Shown here: piece after piece, positions 19,105-20,000 of the stretch | Layout: each line of letters starts with the position of its first letter | How positions within the stretch are numbered: the stretch's first letter is position 1 | Assembly: GCA_002256025.1 (NCBI GenBank) | Contig: NKIB01013019.1 | Span: 45,631-65,630 of the forward strand | DNA: 20,000 nt | Direction of reading: 5' to 3' | Origin: Asterionella formosa | Taxonomy: Eukaryota | Program-made: the position numbers and the translations under genes | Notes under the pieces: generated by a model | Database searches by the model: none | Told to the model about the DNA's origin: nothing | What the model saw: only the letters and a program-made list of their open reading frames with translations

Positions 19105-20000
19105 GTGTATGCGGGAATATACCATTTTATGTATTTAGAGTACCTAGTACTTAATATGGAGTCACCACGAGTACATATACTATAGCACTATATTACAGTA
19201 AATAGAGGACCAAGTCTTTTATTGTAGGGGTGTGTGTATATGTCTAATATACATATACCCGAAATGAAGTGAAAACAATCATTATATAGCTAATGAAAAA
19301 TAGTGAAAAAATAATGTAGCTACAGTTGTATGAAATCATGCATCTGTGTAATAATAACCTAAACACATACTAGCTGTGTATGACCACCAGTGTGATGATC
19401 AGCAGATATCCTCAATTGATTGGCAATCTAATCTGTGGCACTGTTCTATCTGGAATATATACCTCATACATTTTGTCAATTTGCAATGTGGCAGTGAAAA
19501 AAAACGCAGCTCAAAGTACTAGGGCAGTCATCATATCCCACAAAACGCTTTGCCAAGCAACAATACTCCACCTTTCTTACTATATCCTGCTCAACCCTTG
19601 TAAAATTTTCAGCAACCTTACAAACCAAATTCCAAATTTTTGCATTCCTACCACAGAACAAATAGTTTTTGGTTGTACAAGAAAGACTACAATACTGACA
19701 GAATTGCTTCCTCCCTCCTACCTCTTTGACACACATCCTGCATCATTTCTGTTGGTTCATCAACTTGTTAATTGTTGAAAAGTTCTTCAAACACCACATT
19801 TGAGGCATTTCTGGACTCTCAATCATCATTCTGCATACTTGTCACTCCTGCTACCACCAATAACTAGTAGTCAGGAGTCAACACTCCTTCAAGACGAGAG
19901 TCGACTGGCTGCTGTCATCCACATTGGTATCAAAACTAGGTGACATTGCATCTCGATCTGCTGGGAGGCAGTGCAACCCAAGTATATAGTTCCAAAAGCA

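Overview
AT-rich eukaryotic DNA, probably from a diatom (inferred from a diatom-type tandem helicase-associated domain gene, degenerate ankyrin repeats and short GTAAGT...CTRAC...YAG introns). There are three intact, apparently intronless genes: a two-HA-domain protein (11988-12986 +), an ankyrin-like/coiled-coil protein (15039-16208 +) and a membrane-anchored ExoV/GumL-like polysaccharide pyruvyltransferase (16296-17396 -). The rest is mostly decayed or mobile DNA. It includes an eroded intron-rich locus with microexons (about 2.2-5.5 kb, with a repeated 21-nt AG|exon|GTRAGT cassette), nested TIR elements at 7.0-10.1 kb (one with TTAA flanks and a 34-bp perfect hairpin), a 48-bp palindrome centred on GGTACC, a PIF/Harbinger transposase remnant, and recurrent GGTACC-based clusters. 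No rRNA, tRNA or CRISPR array was seen. All family assignments are from motif recognition by eye, not database searches.
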